A stretch of 63,858 nt of DNA, counting the filler, from Sandaracinaceae bacterium (GTDB lineage Bacteria; Myxococcota_A; Polyangia; Polyangiales; JADJQN01), in NCBI GenBank assembly GCA_947483975.1. It is 2 parts of 2 records of this genome, joined end to end, with 100 filler letters (N's around TTAATTAATTAA, not from the genome) between each part and the next. Parts side by side here need not be neighbours in the genome. Positions count along the whole stretch, not along the records: positions 31,993 to 63,858 come from CANKOL010000018.1; 1 more part is not named here. The stretch is one strand, 5' to 3'. Of this stretch, positions 38,206-49,134 are shown in pieces. A program made the translations under genes and the position numbers. The notes under the pieces were generated by a model that ran no database searches, had not been told where the DNA came from, and saw only the letters and a list, made by a program, of their open reading frames with translations. How positions within the stretch are numbered: the first letter of the stretch is position 1; each line of letters opens with the position of its first letter.

Positions 38206-39054
38206 ATGCCCTCGCTCTCTTACACCAGCGTCTACGAGCGCGGCGTCCCGTACCCCGAGCGCTGGGTGCTCGTGCTCCACGGCATCCTCGGGACCAAGTC
38301 GAACTGGCGCGCCATCGCGCGGCGCGTCCTCGCGACGACGCCGACGTGGGGCGCCTTGCTCGTGGATCTGCGCAACCACGGTGAGTCGCGCGGCTTCCCT
38401 GCGCCGCACACGGTCGAGGCGTGCGCCGACGACCTCGTGCGCCTGACCGCGTCCCTCGATCTGCGCATCGACGCCGTCCTCGGCCACAGCTACGGCGGCA
38501 AGGTCGCGCTCGCGTACGCGCGCGCCGTGAACGGCGACCTCGACCGACTCGTCGTCGTGGACTCGACGCCCGGCGAGCGCCCCGACGCGCACGGCTCAGA
38601 GGGCACCGTCCACGTCGTGCAGCTTCTCTCGGAGCTGCGCGGGGCGTTCCCGACGCGCGAAGCGTTCGTCGAGGCGCTGCTCGCCCGCGGGCAGACGCGC
38701 GACGTCGCGACGTGGCTCGCGATGAACCTCGAGCGCGTGGACGATGACGTGCCCGAGAGCGGCTACCGCTTCAGCCTCGACGTCGACGCCGTGCGCGCGA
38801 TGCTCGAGGACTATCTCGCGCAGGACCTCTGGGGCGTCGTCGAGGAGCCGCCCGGGCGCGCCATCATCGACCTGCTCGTCGGCGACGACTCGGAGGTCGT
38901 GGACGACGCCGACCGCGCGCGCCTCGCCGACGTCGCAGAGCGGCATCCCGAGCGCGTGCGCCTGCACGTCGTGCCGCGCGCCGGGCACTGGGTGCACGTC
39001 GATCAGCCCGACGCGACGGTGGCGCTGCTCGCCGATATCTTTCAGGCACGGTAG
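38206..39054 (+). CDS. Alpha/beta hydrolase (YbfF-like esterase)
   Basis: LHGILG, DLRNHGES, GHSYGG, AGHWVH. Confidence 0.9.
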   Translation: MPSLSYTSVYERGVPYPERWVLVLHGILGTKSNWRAIARRVLATTPTWGALLVDLRNHGESRGFPAPHTVEACADDLVRLTASLDLRIDAVLGHSYGGKVALAYARAVNGDLDRLVVVDSTPGERPDAHGSEGTVHVVQLLSELRGAFPTREAFVEALLARGQTRDVATWLAMNLERVDDDVPESGYRFSLDVDAVRAMLEDYLAQDLWGVVEEPPGRAIIDLLVGDDSEVVDDADRARLADVAERHPERVRLHVVPRAGHWVHVDQPDATVALLADIFQAR

Positions 39055-39130
39055 GCGCGGTAGGCGCGGACGCGCGTCGCGTGCGCTAGCCTCGTTGCGC
39101 GTCGAGTCCCCAACGTGCAGAAGCTTCGCC

Positions 39131-39751
39131 ATGAAAGTACTCGTGATCGGCGCGACGGGCGGGACCGGGCTGCACCTCGTGCGAAAGGCGCTCGCCGCGG
39201 GGCATGAGGTCACCGCGCTCGCGCGCCATCCGGGGGCTTTCCCCCAGCAGCACGCGAGCCTGCGCGTCGCGAAGGGCGATGTGCGCGACGCAGGCTCGCT
39301 CGACGCCGCCGTGCAGGGGCAGGACGCGGTGCTGATCGCGCTCGGGCCGCGCTCGCTGCAAGAAGAGGATCTGCAGGAGACCGCGATGCGCAACCTCGTC
39401 CCCGCGCTCCAGAAGCACGGCGTTCGGCGCGTCGTGAACCTCTCGGCGTGGGGCGCGGGCGACAGCGCCAAGCACACGCAGCTCGTGTTCCGCGTCATCC
39501 AGAAGACCGTCCTGCGCAAGGTCTGGCCGGACAAGGAGCGCGGCGAGGCGCTCTTGCTCGGCGCCGGGCTCGACTACGTCAACGTGCGCCCCGGACGGCT
39601 GCTCGACGCGCCCGCGCGCGGCGGCGTGAAGGCCGCGCTCGAGCCCGGCAAGCTGAAGGCGGAGCTGACGCGCGAGGACACCGCCGACTTCATGGTCGCG
39701 CAGCTGACGAGCGACGCTTGGCTTCGGAGGTCGCCGCTCCTCGGGTACTGA
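39131..39751 (+). CDS. NAD(P)H-binding oxidoreductase (biliverdin reductase B / flavin reductase-like)
   Basis: MKVLVIGATGGTG; VRPGRL; TREDTADF. Confidence 0.88.
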   Translation: MKVLVIGATGGTGLHLVRKALAAGHEVTALARHPGAFPQQHASLRVAKGDVRDAGSLDAAVQGQDAVLIALGPRSLQEEDLQETAMRNLVPALQKHGVRRVVNLSAWGAGDSAKHTQLVFRVIQKTVLRKVWPDKERGEALLLGAGLDYVNVRPGRLLDAPARGGVKAALEPGKLKAELTREDTADFMVAQLTSDAWLRRSPLLGY

Positions 39752-39854
39752 CGAGCCTCCATGTTGCCGCGGCCTGGCGCTGACGACGCCTTGTCACGGC
39801 GCGCGCATCGCGGGGTGAACGCCTTCGAGTGGATCTGGCCTGCGTGCCCTGCGC

Positions 39855-40473
39855 TCAGCGCTTTGCTTCACGCTCGCCGATGAGAGTGACCGGCGCCGCC
39901 GGCTCGAGGGTGGCGAAGTCCGGCTCGCGCGGCGCCCCGGACGGCGCGAACAGGTACGCCAGCCCATGGCCGACCGTCGGCTCCGAGAACGCGTCGCTCC
40001 CAGTGGAGCCCATCCGAACAGCTGATTTGCCCCGTTCCGGTGGCGAAGCGACGCAAGAACGCCGCGAAGTCCGCCGCGGTAACGTGCCCGCCTGCGCGCT
40101 CGGCCGTCGCGCCCGCGCCGGTGAAGGCCTCGACGGATGTGCACTCACTCGGTGGCGAGCCAGCGACGGTCTTGCCGCCGAGCACCTGCCACGTGCGCGC
40201 GACCACGAGGCGCGCCTCCCGCGTATAGGCGATTCGCTCGAGGACGCTCCGCCCGCCGCCGAGCGCATAGGGGCAGCGCTCGACCACGACGCGCTGCTCT
40301 TCTCCCACGCACAACGCGAGCTCGGCGCCGTCGGCGTCGACGGTCTTCCATCGACCCGAGAGCGTCGCCGTGAAGCGCCTGACGACGACGCCGATGTTGC
40401 GCATGAGCGACACCTGCTTGGTGGGCCCAGGGCCCGAGCACTTCTGGCACCGATCGTGCGCGTTCCCTTGCAT
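39855..40473 (-). CDS. Hypothetical protein with an N-terminal CxxC, possibly frameshifted
   Basis: The frame from 40473 (CQKC...RNIGVVVRRF) has gene-like codons to ~40030; after that the frame ending at 39855 has the better GC3. Confidence 0.35.
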
Positions 40474-40736
40474 CGCGGCCGATCATCCGCGAGCGCCCCG
40501 CAGACGTTCCCCAAGGCTCTCTCGGGGGGTCGGCACGGCCGTAGTGGGGCGCAACGGCCGCCTCGCCAACGGGCGAACGGCGCGTACATTCGCGTCCGTC
40601 GGCTCCGTCCGCCAAGTCGACTCGACCTGCGCGGTCTGCACGGTCCGCTCGCTCCATTCGGTCGGTTCGGTCTGCACGATTGCCGCTCTTCAGACGGCGC
40701 CTAGGGAGCCGTTCAGAGGAGCCGGAGGACGCCTCG

Positions 40737-43088
40737 ATGACCCTCGATCCCGCGACGCTGAATGCCCTCGATGCCTACTGGCGCGCAGCAAATTATCTCT
40801 CGGTTGGGCAGATCTACCTGCGTGACAACCCGCTGCTGCGGGAGCCGCTCCGCGCCGAGCACATCAAGGCGCGCCTGCTCGGTCACTGGGGCACGACGCC
40901 CGGCCTCAACTTCGTCTTCGCGCACCTCGACCGCGTGATCCGCGCGCACGATCTCGACTGCGTCTACATCGCCGGTCCCGGTCACGGCGGGCCCGCCGCC
41001 GTCGCGAACGCCTACCTCGAGGGCACCTACAGCGAGCTCTATCCGCGCGTCTCGCTCGACGGCGTCGGGATGCAGCGCCTGTTCAAGCAGTTCTCGTTCC
41101 CAGGCGGCATCCCGAGCCACGTCGCGCCCGAGGTGCCCGGCTCCCTGCACGAGGGCGGCGAGCTCGGCTACGCGCTCTCGCACGCGTTCGGCGCGGCGTT
41201 CGACAACCCGAGGCTCCTCGTCGCGGCGATCATCGGCGACGGCGAGGCCGAGACGGGGCCGCTCGCGACGAGCTGGCACTCCAACAAATTCCTGAGCGCG
41301 GCCCGCGACGGCGCGGTGCTGCCGATCCTGCACCTCAACGGCTACAAGATCGCGAGCCCGACGGTGCTCGCGCGCATCCCGCACGTGGAGCTCGAGCAGA
41401 TGCTGCGCGGCTTCGGCTACGAGCCGTACTTCGTCGAGGGTGACGACCCGATGACGATGCACGGCTTGATGGCGGACGCGATGGACCGCATCGTCGCGTC
41501 GATCGCCGAGATCCAGCGCGCGGCGCGCGTCGACGGCGTGACCAAGCGCCCGACGTGGCCGATGATCGTGCTCCGCAGCCCCAAGGGCTGGACCGGCCCG
41601 CACACGGTCGACGGCAAGCAGGTCGAGGGCACCGCGCGCTCGCACCAAGTGCCGATGGGCGACATGGACAAGCCCGAGCACGTCGCCGTCCTCGAGAAGT
41701 GGATGCGCAGCTATCGCCCCGAGGAGCTCTTCGACGCGGACGGCGCGCCGCTCGCGTCCATCCGCGCCTGGGCGCCCGTCGGCGAGCGTCGCATGAGCGC
41801 CAACCCGCACTCGAACGGCGGCGTGCTCCGCCGCGACCTCTCGCTGCCCGACTTCCGCGACTATGCCGTGAAGCTCTCCGCGCCCGGCGCGACCAAGGCG
41901 GAGGCGACGCGCGAGCAGGGGCGCTTCATCCGCGACATCATCAAGCGCAATCCCGAGACGTTCCGCGTCTTCAGCCCCGACGAGACGGCGTCGAATCGCT
42001 GGAATCCGGTCTTCGAGGCGACGAGTCGCGTCTACACCGAAGAGCAGATCGCGACGGATGACGGACTCGCGCTCGACGGTCGCGTCGTCGAGATGCTGAG
42101 TGAGCATCAGTGTCAGGGCTGGCTGGAGGGCTATCTGCTCACCGGCCGACACGGCTTCTTCTCCTGCTACGAGGCGTTCATCCACCTCGTCGACTCGATG
42201 TTCAATCAGCACGCGAAGTGGCTGAAGACGACTCGGCATATCCCGTGGCGCGAGCCCATTTCGTCGCTGAATTACCTGCTCACCTCGCACGTCTGGCGGC
42301 AGGATCACAATGGCTTCAGCCATCAGGACCCGGGCTTCCTCGATCACGTGGCGAACAAGAGCTCCGAGGTCGTGCGCATCTACCTTCCGCCGGACGCGAA
42401 CACGCTGCTCTCGGTCACCGATCACTGCCTGCGCAGCAAGCACTACGTGAACGTGATCGTCGCCGGCAAGCAACCCGAGCATCAGTGGTTGTCCATGGAC
42501 GAGGCGATCACGCACTGCACTCGCGGGCTCGGCGTGTGGGAGTGGGCGAGCACCTTCGGCGGCAAGGACCCGGACATCGTCCTCGCGTGCTGCGGAGACG
42601 TGCCGACGGTCGAGATGCTCGCGGCGGCGGACCTGCTGCGAACGCTCGCCCCCGACCTGCGCGTGCGCTTCGTCAACGTCGTCGATCTGATGCGCCTGCA
42701 GCCGCACAACGAGCACCCGCACGGGCTCCGTGAGGAGGAGTTCGACGAGATCTTCACCGTCGACAAGCAGATCCTCTTCGCGTTCCACGGCTATCCGTCT
42801 CTGATTCATCGCCTGACCTATCGGCACGACGCGCAGGGCAACCTGCACGTGCGTGGCTACAAGGAAGAGGGCACGACGACGACGCCCTTCGACATGTGCG
42901 TGCTCAACGACATGGACCGCTATCGGCTCGTGATGGACGTCTTCAAGCGCGTGCCGAAGCTCGCCTCGCGCAAGGGCGTCGTGACCGCGCAGATGCAGGC
43001 GAAGCGCGACGAGCACTCCGCGTACATCCGCGAGCACGGCGACGATATGCCGGAGATCCGCGACTGGAAGTGGGGCCAGAAGAAGTAG
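40737..43088 (+). CDS. xfp: Xylulose-5-phosphate/fructose-6-phosphate phosphoketolase
   Basis: [45 protein letters not shown]. Confidence 0.96.
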   Translation: MTLDPATLNALDAYWRAANYLSVGQIYLRDNPLLREPLRAEHIKARLLGHWGTTPGLNFVFAHLDRVIRAHDLDCVYIAGPGHGGPAAVANAYLEGTYSELYPRVSLDGVGMQRLFKQFSFPGGIPSHVAPEVPGSLHEGGELGYALSHAFGAAFDNPRLLVAAIIGDGEAETGPLATSWHSNKFLSAARDGAVLPILHLNGYKIASPTVLARIPHVELEQMLRGFGYEPYFVEGDDPMTMHGLMADAMDRIVASIAEIQRAARVDGVTKRPTWPMIVLRSPKGWTGPHTVDGKQVEGTARSHQVPMGDMDKPEHVAVLEKWMRSYRPEELFDADGAPLASIRAWAPVGERRMSANPHSNGGVLRRDLSLPDFRDYAVKLSAPGATKAEATREQGRFIRDIIKRNPETFRVFSPDETASNRWNPVFEATSRVYTEEQIATDDGLALDGRVVEMLSEHQCQGWLEGYLLTGRHGFFSCYEAFIHLVDSMFNQHAKWLKTTRHIPWREPISSLNYLLTSHVWRQDHNGFSHQDPGFLDHVANKSSEVVRIYLPPDANTLLSVTDHCLRSKHYVNVIVAGKQPEHQWLSMDEAITHCTRGLGVWEWASTFGGKDPDIVLACCGDVPTVEMLAAADLLRTLAPDLRVRFVNVVDLMRLQPHNEHPHGLREEEFDEIFTVDKQILFAFHGYPSLIHRLTYRHDAQGNLHVRGYKEEGTTTTPFDMCVLNDMDRYRLVMDVFKRVPKLASRKGVVTAQMQAKRDEHSAYIREHGDDMPEIRDWKWGQKK

Positions 43089-43092
43089 GGCG

Positions 43093-43839
43093 CTACACGG
43101 CCGCGCGCGCTTCGACGACGAGGCGCGCGACGGCCTCGCGCACTTGCGCCGCGGTCTTGCGCGGGTCGCGCTGCGGCGACATCGGCGCGCCGACGCTCAC
43201 GACGACGCGGGTCGTGGGGCGCGCGGCGAGGTCGCGCAGGTGCGCGCCGAAGTCCGCGGTCAGATCCTCTGCGCCTCGCTCGTAGGCCAAGCCGACGGGC
43301 ACGACCTCGACGTCGAGTCCGCGCGTCGCGGCGAACGCGCCGAGGTGAAACGGGCGCACCTCGTCGCCTCCGAAGGTGGTGCCCTCGGCGAAGACGATCA
43401 GCGATCCGCCGCCCTCGAGCACGCGCCGCATCGAGCGCAGCGCGACCGCCCGACTGCCGAGGTCCCCGCGGTCGACGAAGAGCGTGCCGACGCGCCGCGC
43501 GGCGCGCCCGACGAGCGGCCAATCCGCGAGGTCGCCGCGGCTGAGCACCTGGGCGTCGAAGAGCCACATCAGCACGCCGATGTCGAGGGCCGAGCGGTGG
43601 TTCGAGACGATCAGGCGTCCGCGCGCAGAGGGCGGGGGAGGGCCGTGCAGCACCTCGAGATCCGCCCCGAAGAGCCGCAGCATCGCGCCGAAATAGCGCC
43701 GCTTGTGCCGCGCGAGGACGGTCGGCTTCGGCTGCGTCGGGGAGAGCGCCTCGCGCGTGCGGAGGAGCGCGAGGGAGCCCGCGGTCAGCGCCGCGAAGGC
43801 GAGGGCGCGGGCGGGTTGGCGGAGCGGCCCGAGGTGCAC
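43093..43839 (-). CDS. 1-acyl-sn-glycerol-3-phosphate acyltransferase family (PlsC-like)
   Basis: NHRSALD (HX4D), FVDR, FAEGT. Confidence 0.88.
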   Translation of the reverse strand: MHLGPLRQPARALAFAALTAGSLALLRTREALSPTQPKPTVLARHKRRYFGAMLRLFGADLEVLHGPPPPSARGRLIVSNHRSALDIGVLMWLFDAQVLSRGDLADWPLVGRAARRVGTLFVDRGDLGSRAVALRSMRRVLEGGGSLIVFAEGTTFGGDEVRPFHLGAFAATRGLDVEVVPVGLAYERGAEDLTADFGAHLRDLAARPTTRVVVSVGAPMSPQRDPRKTAAQVREAVARLVVEARAAV

Positions 43840-43928
43840 TCGGCGTTTGTAGAGGGTGTCCGCCGCGACCGCAACGGAGTCCGTCGGCGGCGCGCGCTCC
43901 GCGCCTGATATGCTGAAGCCGACGTTCC

Positions 43929-45779
43929 ATGAAGGCGCTCATCAAGGTCGGCTACGCGTGCAACGAGCACTGCACGTTCTGTCACACGATGGATGTGCGG
44001 CACATCGACGGCGACGAGGCCGAGACGCACGCGAAGATTCGCCGCGCCAAGGCGCTCGGGCACACGATGGTCGTGCTCTCCGGCGGCGAGGTCACCATCC
44101 GCCCCGAGCTTCTGCGCTGGGCGGCGCACATCGCGTCCCTCGACCTCGACCTCGGCCTGGTCACGAACGGCCGGCTGCTCGGCTACGACGACGCGCTCGA
44201 GAAGCTCGTCGCGCAGCGCCTCCGCTACGTCTACATGTCGCTGCACGCGGGCACAGCGAAGGTGCACAACTCGCTCATCCGCGCGGACGGCTTCGACGAG
44301 GCCCTCCGCGCGATCCGCAACGTGCACGCGCGGCCCGAGATCGAGCTGACGATCAACTGCGTCGTGACGCGGCAGAACGTCGAGCAGCTGCGCGCGCTCG
44401 TCGACCTGCTGCTCCCCTTCGAGCGGCTCGTGCTGAAGTTCTCGATGCTCCAGCCGAAGGGCGGCGGCGACAGGCTCCTCGAGCAGCTGGTGTCGCGCGT
44501 GACGCACGTCGCCGAGCGCGTCCGGGACGCGATGGAGTACGGCCAAGCGCAGGTGCGCGCGCGCGGCGCGAGCGGGCCCTCGTTCACGCACGACGGGCTC
44601 CCGCTCTGTTTGCTGCCGGGGCACGAGGGCGCCTTCGACGACCTGCGCACGGACGGCTTCGCGACGATGGTCGAGGTCGGCGAGCCGGACTTCTTCCCGG
44701 TCGATGACCACGACAAGGTGCAGCCCGAGGCGACCTGCGGGGCGTGCGCGCTCCGTGGACCGTGCCCCGGCTTGTTCCGCGGCTATCTCGAGGCGTTCGG
44801 CTCCGACGAGCTGCGTCCGCCGCCTCCGCAGGCGCGCTCGAACTCGTTTCACTACGTGCTCGAGACCCTCGTCGCGACGGACGCCGCGCCCGGCTTCTGT
44901 CCGCTGCGCGACGGCGAGGAGGGCGTGACCCCCTGGGATCGCGGGCGGCATCTCTTCGTGCGCAACGGCGCCCGCATCGCCCGCTATCGCACCGAGACTC
45001 GAGACTTCGCGGACGTCGAGCTCGTGCGCGTCAAGCACGAGCTCGCGCAGGTCTACGCCGATGTGTCGAGGAAGGCCGCGCCCGACGACTTCGCCCGCGA
45101 CCTCGTGCAGCTCACGCGGAGCCCGCTCTGCGAGGGCTGTCCGGTCGAGCGGACCTGCACCGGGATGTTCGAGCCGCGCCTCGAGGACGTCTTCGGGCGC
45201 GATGACGCCGTCGTGCGGACGCTCCTCGGCGCGCTCGAGGGGCGCGTGCTCGACGTCGGCTGTGGTGAGGGGCCCTATGACGAGGTGCTCGCGCCGCGGG
45301 CGCAGGCAGGTGCCATCGAGTGGGTCGGGCTCGAGCCGGACGCCGCCGCTTGCGCGCGCCTCCGGGAGCGACGTCCGTGGGGCGAGGTGCGGCAGGGCAC
45401 GGCGGAGGACGCGCGCCTCGAGCCCGAGTCGTTTGACCACGTCCTGGTGCTGCGGAGCTGGAATCACCTCGCCGATCCCGTCGCCGCCCTCACGCGCCTG
45501 GTGTCGGCGCTTCGGCCGGGCGGCACGCTCACCCTCGTCGACAACGTCGCCTTCGCGCTCGCGCGCACGCGGCCGCAGGCGCGCCTCGCGGAGCGCTCGA
45601 CGGCCGCGTTCGAGCACCATCGCAACGACGACGCCACAGCCGCGGCGCGCCTCGTCGAGCAGGCGCTCGCGACGGACGTTCGGTTGCGCTTGAGGCCGCT
45701 CGAGCGCCGCGACGTAGGGCCCGGCACGTCGAATCAGTGGCTTCTGCGCTACGAGCGCGCCCTGCCCACGCTTGTGTAA
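43929..45779 (+). CDS. Radical SAM protein fused to a C-terminal class I SAM methyltransferase
   Basis: CNEHCTFC, SGGE, VTNG, SLH; two CxxC-x5-C-x-G motifs; VLDVGCGEG...FDHVL...WNH. Confidence 0.9.
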   Translation: MKALIKVGYACNEHCTFCHTMDVRHIDGDEAETHAKIRRAKALGHTMVVLSGGEVTIRPELLRWAAHIASLDLDLGLVTNGRLLGYDDALEKLVAQRLRYVYMSLHAGTAKVHNSLIRADGFDEALRAIRNVHARPEIELTINCVVTRQNVEQLRALVDLLLPFERLVLKFSMLQPKGGGDRLLEQLVSRVTHVAERVRDAMEYGQAQVRARGASGPSFTHDGLPLCLLPGHEGAFDDLRTDGFATMVEVGEPDFFPVDDHDKVQPEATCGACALRGPCPGLFRGYLEAFGSDELRPPPPQARSNSFHYVLETLVATDAAPGFCPLRDGEEGVTPWDRGRHLFVRNGARIARYRTETRDFADVELVRVKHELAQVYADVSRKAAPDDFARDLVQLTRSPLCEGCPVERTCTGMFEPRLEDVFGRDDAVVRTLLGALEGRVLDVGCGEGPYDEVLAPRAQAGAIEWVGLEPDAAACARLRERRPWGEVRQGTAEDARLEPESFDHVLVLRSWNHLADPVAALTRLVSALRPGGTLTLVDNVAFALARTRPQARLAERSTAAFEHHRNDDATAAARLVEQALATDVRLRLRPLERRDVGPGTSNQWLLRYERALPTLV

Positions 45780-45839
45780 GCGAGTCGCGCTCTGCTAGCC
45801 TGGCTCCCCAGCGCGGCGAACGCGGAGGAGGTCGTACGC

Positions 45840-48173
45840 ATGTCACGCACCCTGAGATCCATCGTCGGGCTCGGCTTCACGCTCCTCGTCGGAGCGTCCA
45901 CTTTTGGCTGTGCGGGTGGCTCGAAGCCCCCCGTCAGGCCGGGCGATGGAGGCGTGCGTGATGGCAGCCTCGACGGCAGCGCGGACGGCGCCGTCGACCT
46001 CGGGCCCGTGGAGGTCGATGCAGGCGCCGATCTTGGGCCGACCACCCGCGTCGGTACGTGCGAGTCGTGCGAGACGAGCGCCGACTGCTACCCGAATTCC
46101 TACTGCGCTCTGCTGACGACGGGCGGTCGCGCGTGTCTGCCGAGCTGCAACCCCGACCTGCCGATGTGTCCCGCCGGCTTGAACTGCACGCTGAGCGCTG
46201 CGCTCGAGGTCGACGAGTACGTCTGCGCGCCCCTCGGCGGGCTCTGCTGCGTCGACGAGGACCGCGACACCTACGGCCAGGGCGTGGGATGCGTGGGGAG
46301 CGACTGCGACGACGCCAACGCCGACATCAACCCCGCGGAGCCCGAGCGCTGCAACGGCATCGACGACGACTGCGATCTGGCCGTCGACGGGACGATGACC
46401 GACTGCGTCACCGGCATCTGTCGCCCGAACGCGGGCATGCCTGGTACCTATGAAGACATCCGCAGCGCGATGTGCACGGACGCGATGTGCACGAGCGGCA
46501 CGCTGACGTCCTGTGGGCTCTTCAACTGCGAGCTCGGCATGGGCCTCGGGAGCCGCTGCGCGCTCACCTGCCCGTCGACCGCCACGGACAACACGGGCAA
46601 CGAGCTTTGCGTCGACGCTGCTCACTGTGACGGAACTGCGTGCCTCGCGGACCAGCCGAACGGCGGCGTGTGCGACGAGGACTCCGACTGCTCGGCGGGC
46701 CACTGCGACAACGGCTTCTGCTGCGCCTCGGGGCAGTGCTGCAGCACCGCGACGGACTGCAGCGGTGGCACTGGCGCCGTCTGCGAGACTCCCCTGACCT
46801 GTCAGGGCACGCGCGGGGACATCACGTGCGAGTCCAACATCTGCGTCATCGCATCGGGGGTGCCGGACGACAGCGCGTGCGACAGCGGAACCATCGCGCG
46901 CGACTGTGGCCTCTTTCTGCCCGTCTACTGCTCCGGCGCGGCCACGCAGACGGCCCCCGCCTGTGCGACGAGCTGCACGACGGACGCTGGCTGTATCCCG
47001 ACGGGCCACTGTGAGGTCGGCGTCTGCGCGCCGGATCGTCCGCCGGGCGGCTCCTGCTCGCGAGTCCAGGATTGCCAGGACGGCAACTCCTGCGTCGATG
47101 GCGTCTGCTGCATGACCGCGTGCTCGGGCCAGTGCGAGCGCTGCAACGCCCCCGGCACGGCCGGAACCTGTACGCCCGTCGGGGGCGGCCAAGACCCCGA
47201 CTTGGAGTGCCCGGGCTTCTCCTGCTCCGACTACTACGCGGGCTTCGACGGGCTGGGCGCTTGTCATCGCCGGGCACCGATCAGCAACGACGCCGCCGTC
47301 TGCAACGGGGCTCGCGCCTGCCTCACGCCCGCCGAGCTTTGCGCCGTGTCGCCCGCCGGCACAGAGGTGCAGATCGACTGCGACGACGTCTGCCAGAGCA
47401 CGACCGCGGGCACCTGCAACGGCACGACGCCGGGCGCGTGCACCGACTCTCCTCCCGGAAGCCAGACCTGCGGTTTCGGCGCGTGTATGACCACGTCGCC
47501 GCGCTGCAACGCCGGCACCCAGGTCACGTGCATCGCGGGGATGAGTTCGCCGGAGGCCTGCAACGGCATCGACGACGACTGCGCCGGCGGCGTCGACAAC
47601 GCGCCGGTCGTGTCGATGTGTCCCGCGACCGCGAACGTCGCGACCACGTCGTGCGGCGGAGCGGCAGGCTGCGCGATCGCCGCCTGTAACTCGAACGCCG
47701 TCGACATCGACGGTGCCTACGCGAACGGCTGTGAGTGCGTCAACGAGGGCAACGGCAACGCGTGCGGCTCTGCGACCTCCCTCGGCGCCATCGGAGTCGG
47801 CGGTTCGGCCAACACGCTGACGAGCTCCATCGCCGTTTCGGGCGCCAGCGATTACTTCTACGTCACGTTCCCGGCGACCGGCTCGCCTGGAGGCGGCACC
47901 CCACACGTGCGCTTCACGCGCAACGACGGCTCGATCTTCCGGTTCGAGATCACGAGCGGGTGCCCGTCGGCCCCGCTCCCATGCGGCATCGCAGGCAGCG
48001 GCGGAGTCGCCACTGGCCGTGACGACTGGTCGTTCGTCGACGACCAGGCCGCCCCCGGCCCCAATCAGTGGAACGTGCGTAACACGGCGTGGCCGGCGGC
48101 CGTCTATGTGCGCGTGTATCGCACGACCTCCGGGGCGAGCTGCAGCCAGTATCAGTTGACCGTCACGCGCTGA
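45840..48173 (+). CDS. Cys-rich surface lipoprotein, paralog of 22959-27206
   Basis: Lipobox-like TFGC, DGG linker, DCDDANADINP / CNGIDDDC motifs; shares the N- and C-terminal domains of the giant protein; GGAGG RBS. Confidence 0.85.
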   Translation: MSRTLRSIVGLGFTLLVGASTFGCAGGSKPPVRPGDGGVRDGSLDGSADGAVDLGPVEVDAGADLGPTTRVGTCESCETSADCYPNSYCALLTTGGRACLPSCNPDLPMCPAGLNCTLSAALEVDEYVCAPLGGLCCVDEDRDTYGQGVGCVGSDCDDANADINPAEPERCNGIDDDCDLAVDGTMTDCVTGICRPNAGMPGTYEDIRSAMCTDAMCTSGTLTSCGLFNCELGMGLGSRCALTCPSTATDNTGNELCVDAAHCDGTACLADQPNGGVCDEDSDCSAGHCDNGFCCASGQCCSTATDCSGGTGAVCETPLTCQGTRGDITCESNICVIASGVPDDSACDSGTIARDCGLFLPVYCSGAATQTAPACATSCTTDAGCIPTGHCEVGVCAPDRPPGGSCSRVQDCQDGNSCVDGVCCMTACSGQCERCNAPGTAGTCTPVGGGQDPDLECPGFSCSDYYAGFDGLGACHRRAPISNDAAVCNGARACLTPAELCAVSPAGTEVQIDCDDVCQSTTAGTCNGTTPGACTDSPPGSQTCGFGACMTTSPRCNAGTQVTCIAGMSSPEACNGIDDDCAGGVDNAPVVSMCPATANVATTSCGGAAGCAIAACNSNAVDIDGAYANGCECVNEGNGNACGSATSLGAIGVGGSANTLTSSIAVSGASDYFYVTFPATGSPGGGTPHVRFTRNDGSIFRFEITSGCPSAPLPCGIAGSGGVATGRDDWSFVDDQAAPGPNQWNVRNTAWPAAVYVRVYRTTSGASCSQYQLTVTR

Positions 48174-48240
48174 AGTGGGTGGGCGCAGGTGGCGCCCCCT
48201 CCGCCACGCTTCTGCGCACCGCCCCCATGAGATTCCCGAA

Positions 48241-48777
48241 ATGACGTCTCCGCTCCAAGGTATTCCGTCCGAGCTCGCGGCCGCCGATCTCAACTCAGGC
48301 GCCGTGCAGCTCAGCGTCGATGCGCAGCTCTATCCGCTCGGCGCGATCTACGCTGCCTCCTACGTCTTTCTCGACCGCTGTTATGTGCTGCTCGATCAGC
48401 CCGCTGAGCACCGTGTCCGCGTCACCCTGACCCCGAAGAAGGGGCCCGCCGACGAGGCGCTGCTGCGCGCGTTCGTCGGTGAGTTCTCGAACGAGCTCCT
48501 CTCGGCGGCCTGGCGGCAGCAGATCGCGCAGGAGAATCGTGCGGTCATCGAGATGGTCACGTCCCAGGCGATCTCGGCCGCGATGGGTCCGCCTTCGCTC
48601 GATGACCTCGCGGCGTTCGACTTCGGCGACGAGGCGTTCGAGGACCCGCTCGGCATCGCGATGAGCTGGGAGGAGAAGTACAAGAAGAAGGACCCCGCCG
48701 CCGCGACTGCTCCGGCGGGCGCTGAGACCTCGGCGAAGCCTGACACCGGCGCGCCCGAGCCCGAGGGCTCGCCGTGA
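48241..48777 (+). CDS. hxsD: His-Xaa-Ser system protein HxsD-like
   Basis: LYPLGAIYAASYVFLDRCYV...GEFSNELL...RQQIAQE resembles HxsD; located just upstream of the HxS-repeat peptide. Confidence 0.7.
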   Translation: MTSPLQGIPSELAAADLNSGAVQLSVDAQLYPLGAIYAASYVFLDRCYVLLDQPAEHRVRVTLTPKKGPADEALLRAFVGEFSNELLSAAWRQQIAQENRAVIEMVTSQAISAAMGPPSLDDLAAFDFGDEAFEDPLGIAMSWEEKYKKKDPAAATAPAGAETSAKPDTGAPEPEGSP

Positions 48778-48995
48778 CCGAGCTGCGACTGCACCGCTCG
48801 CTCTACGCCGGTACGGCGGTCGACGCGGCGGTGAAGACGTATGCGCGCTTCGCGGCCTTCGAGCTGGTCGAGGAGGCGACTCACTGGGTCGTGCGCGTCA
48901 CCGCGAAGAGCGTCGCCCGCGAGACGCAGATCGCCCACGAGCTCGCGAACTACGCTCTCGGTACGACCATCCGGGAGCGCGGAGCCACGCCCTAA
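48774..48995 (+). CDS. Second, minimal HxsD-like protein (73 aa)
   Basis: LYAGTAVDAAVKTY...HELANYAL parallels the upstream protein; GTGA overlap. Confidence 0.62.
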   Translation: MTELRLHRSLYAGTAVDAAVKTYARFAAFELVEEATHWVVRVTAKSVARETQIAHELANYALGTTIRERGATP

Positions 48996-49078
48996 CCGTC
49001 GCTCACCGCGCCGTGGTCGACGCCGCGAGCGAACATCTCACTCTCGAGGTCACCAACGCCGAAGTCAGTACCGAGCGC

Positions 49079-49108
49079 GTGACACGCCTATTCTTTTCGA
49101 TGTAAAGT
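49079..49108 (+). promoter_or_regulatory. Putative sigma70 promoter for the precursor peptide gene
   Basis: GTGACA-N18-TAAAGT in a locally AT-rich stretch; GGAG RBS before the ATG at 49135. Confidence 0.5.
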
Positions 49109-49134
49109 AACTTCCCACCCACTGGAGCACGAAC

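Noticed and set aside
39050..39067. 9-bp tandem duplication at the hydrolase stop codon
   Set aside because: Too short, with no adjacent element to make it a target-site duplication.
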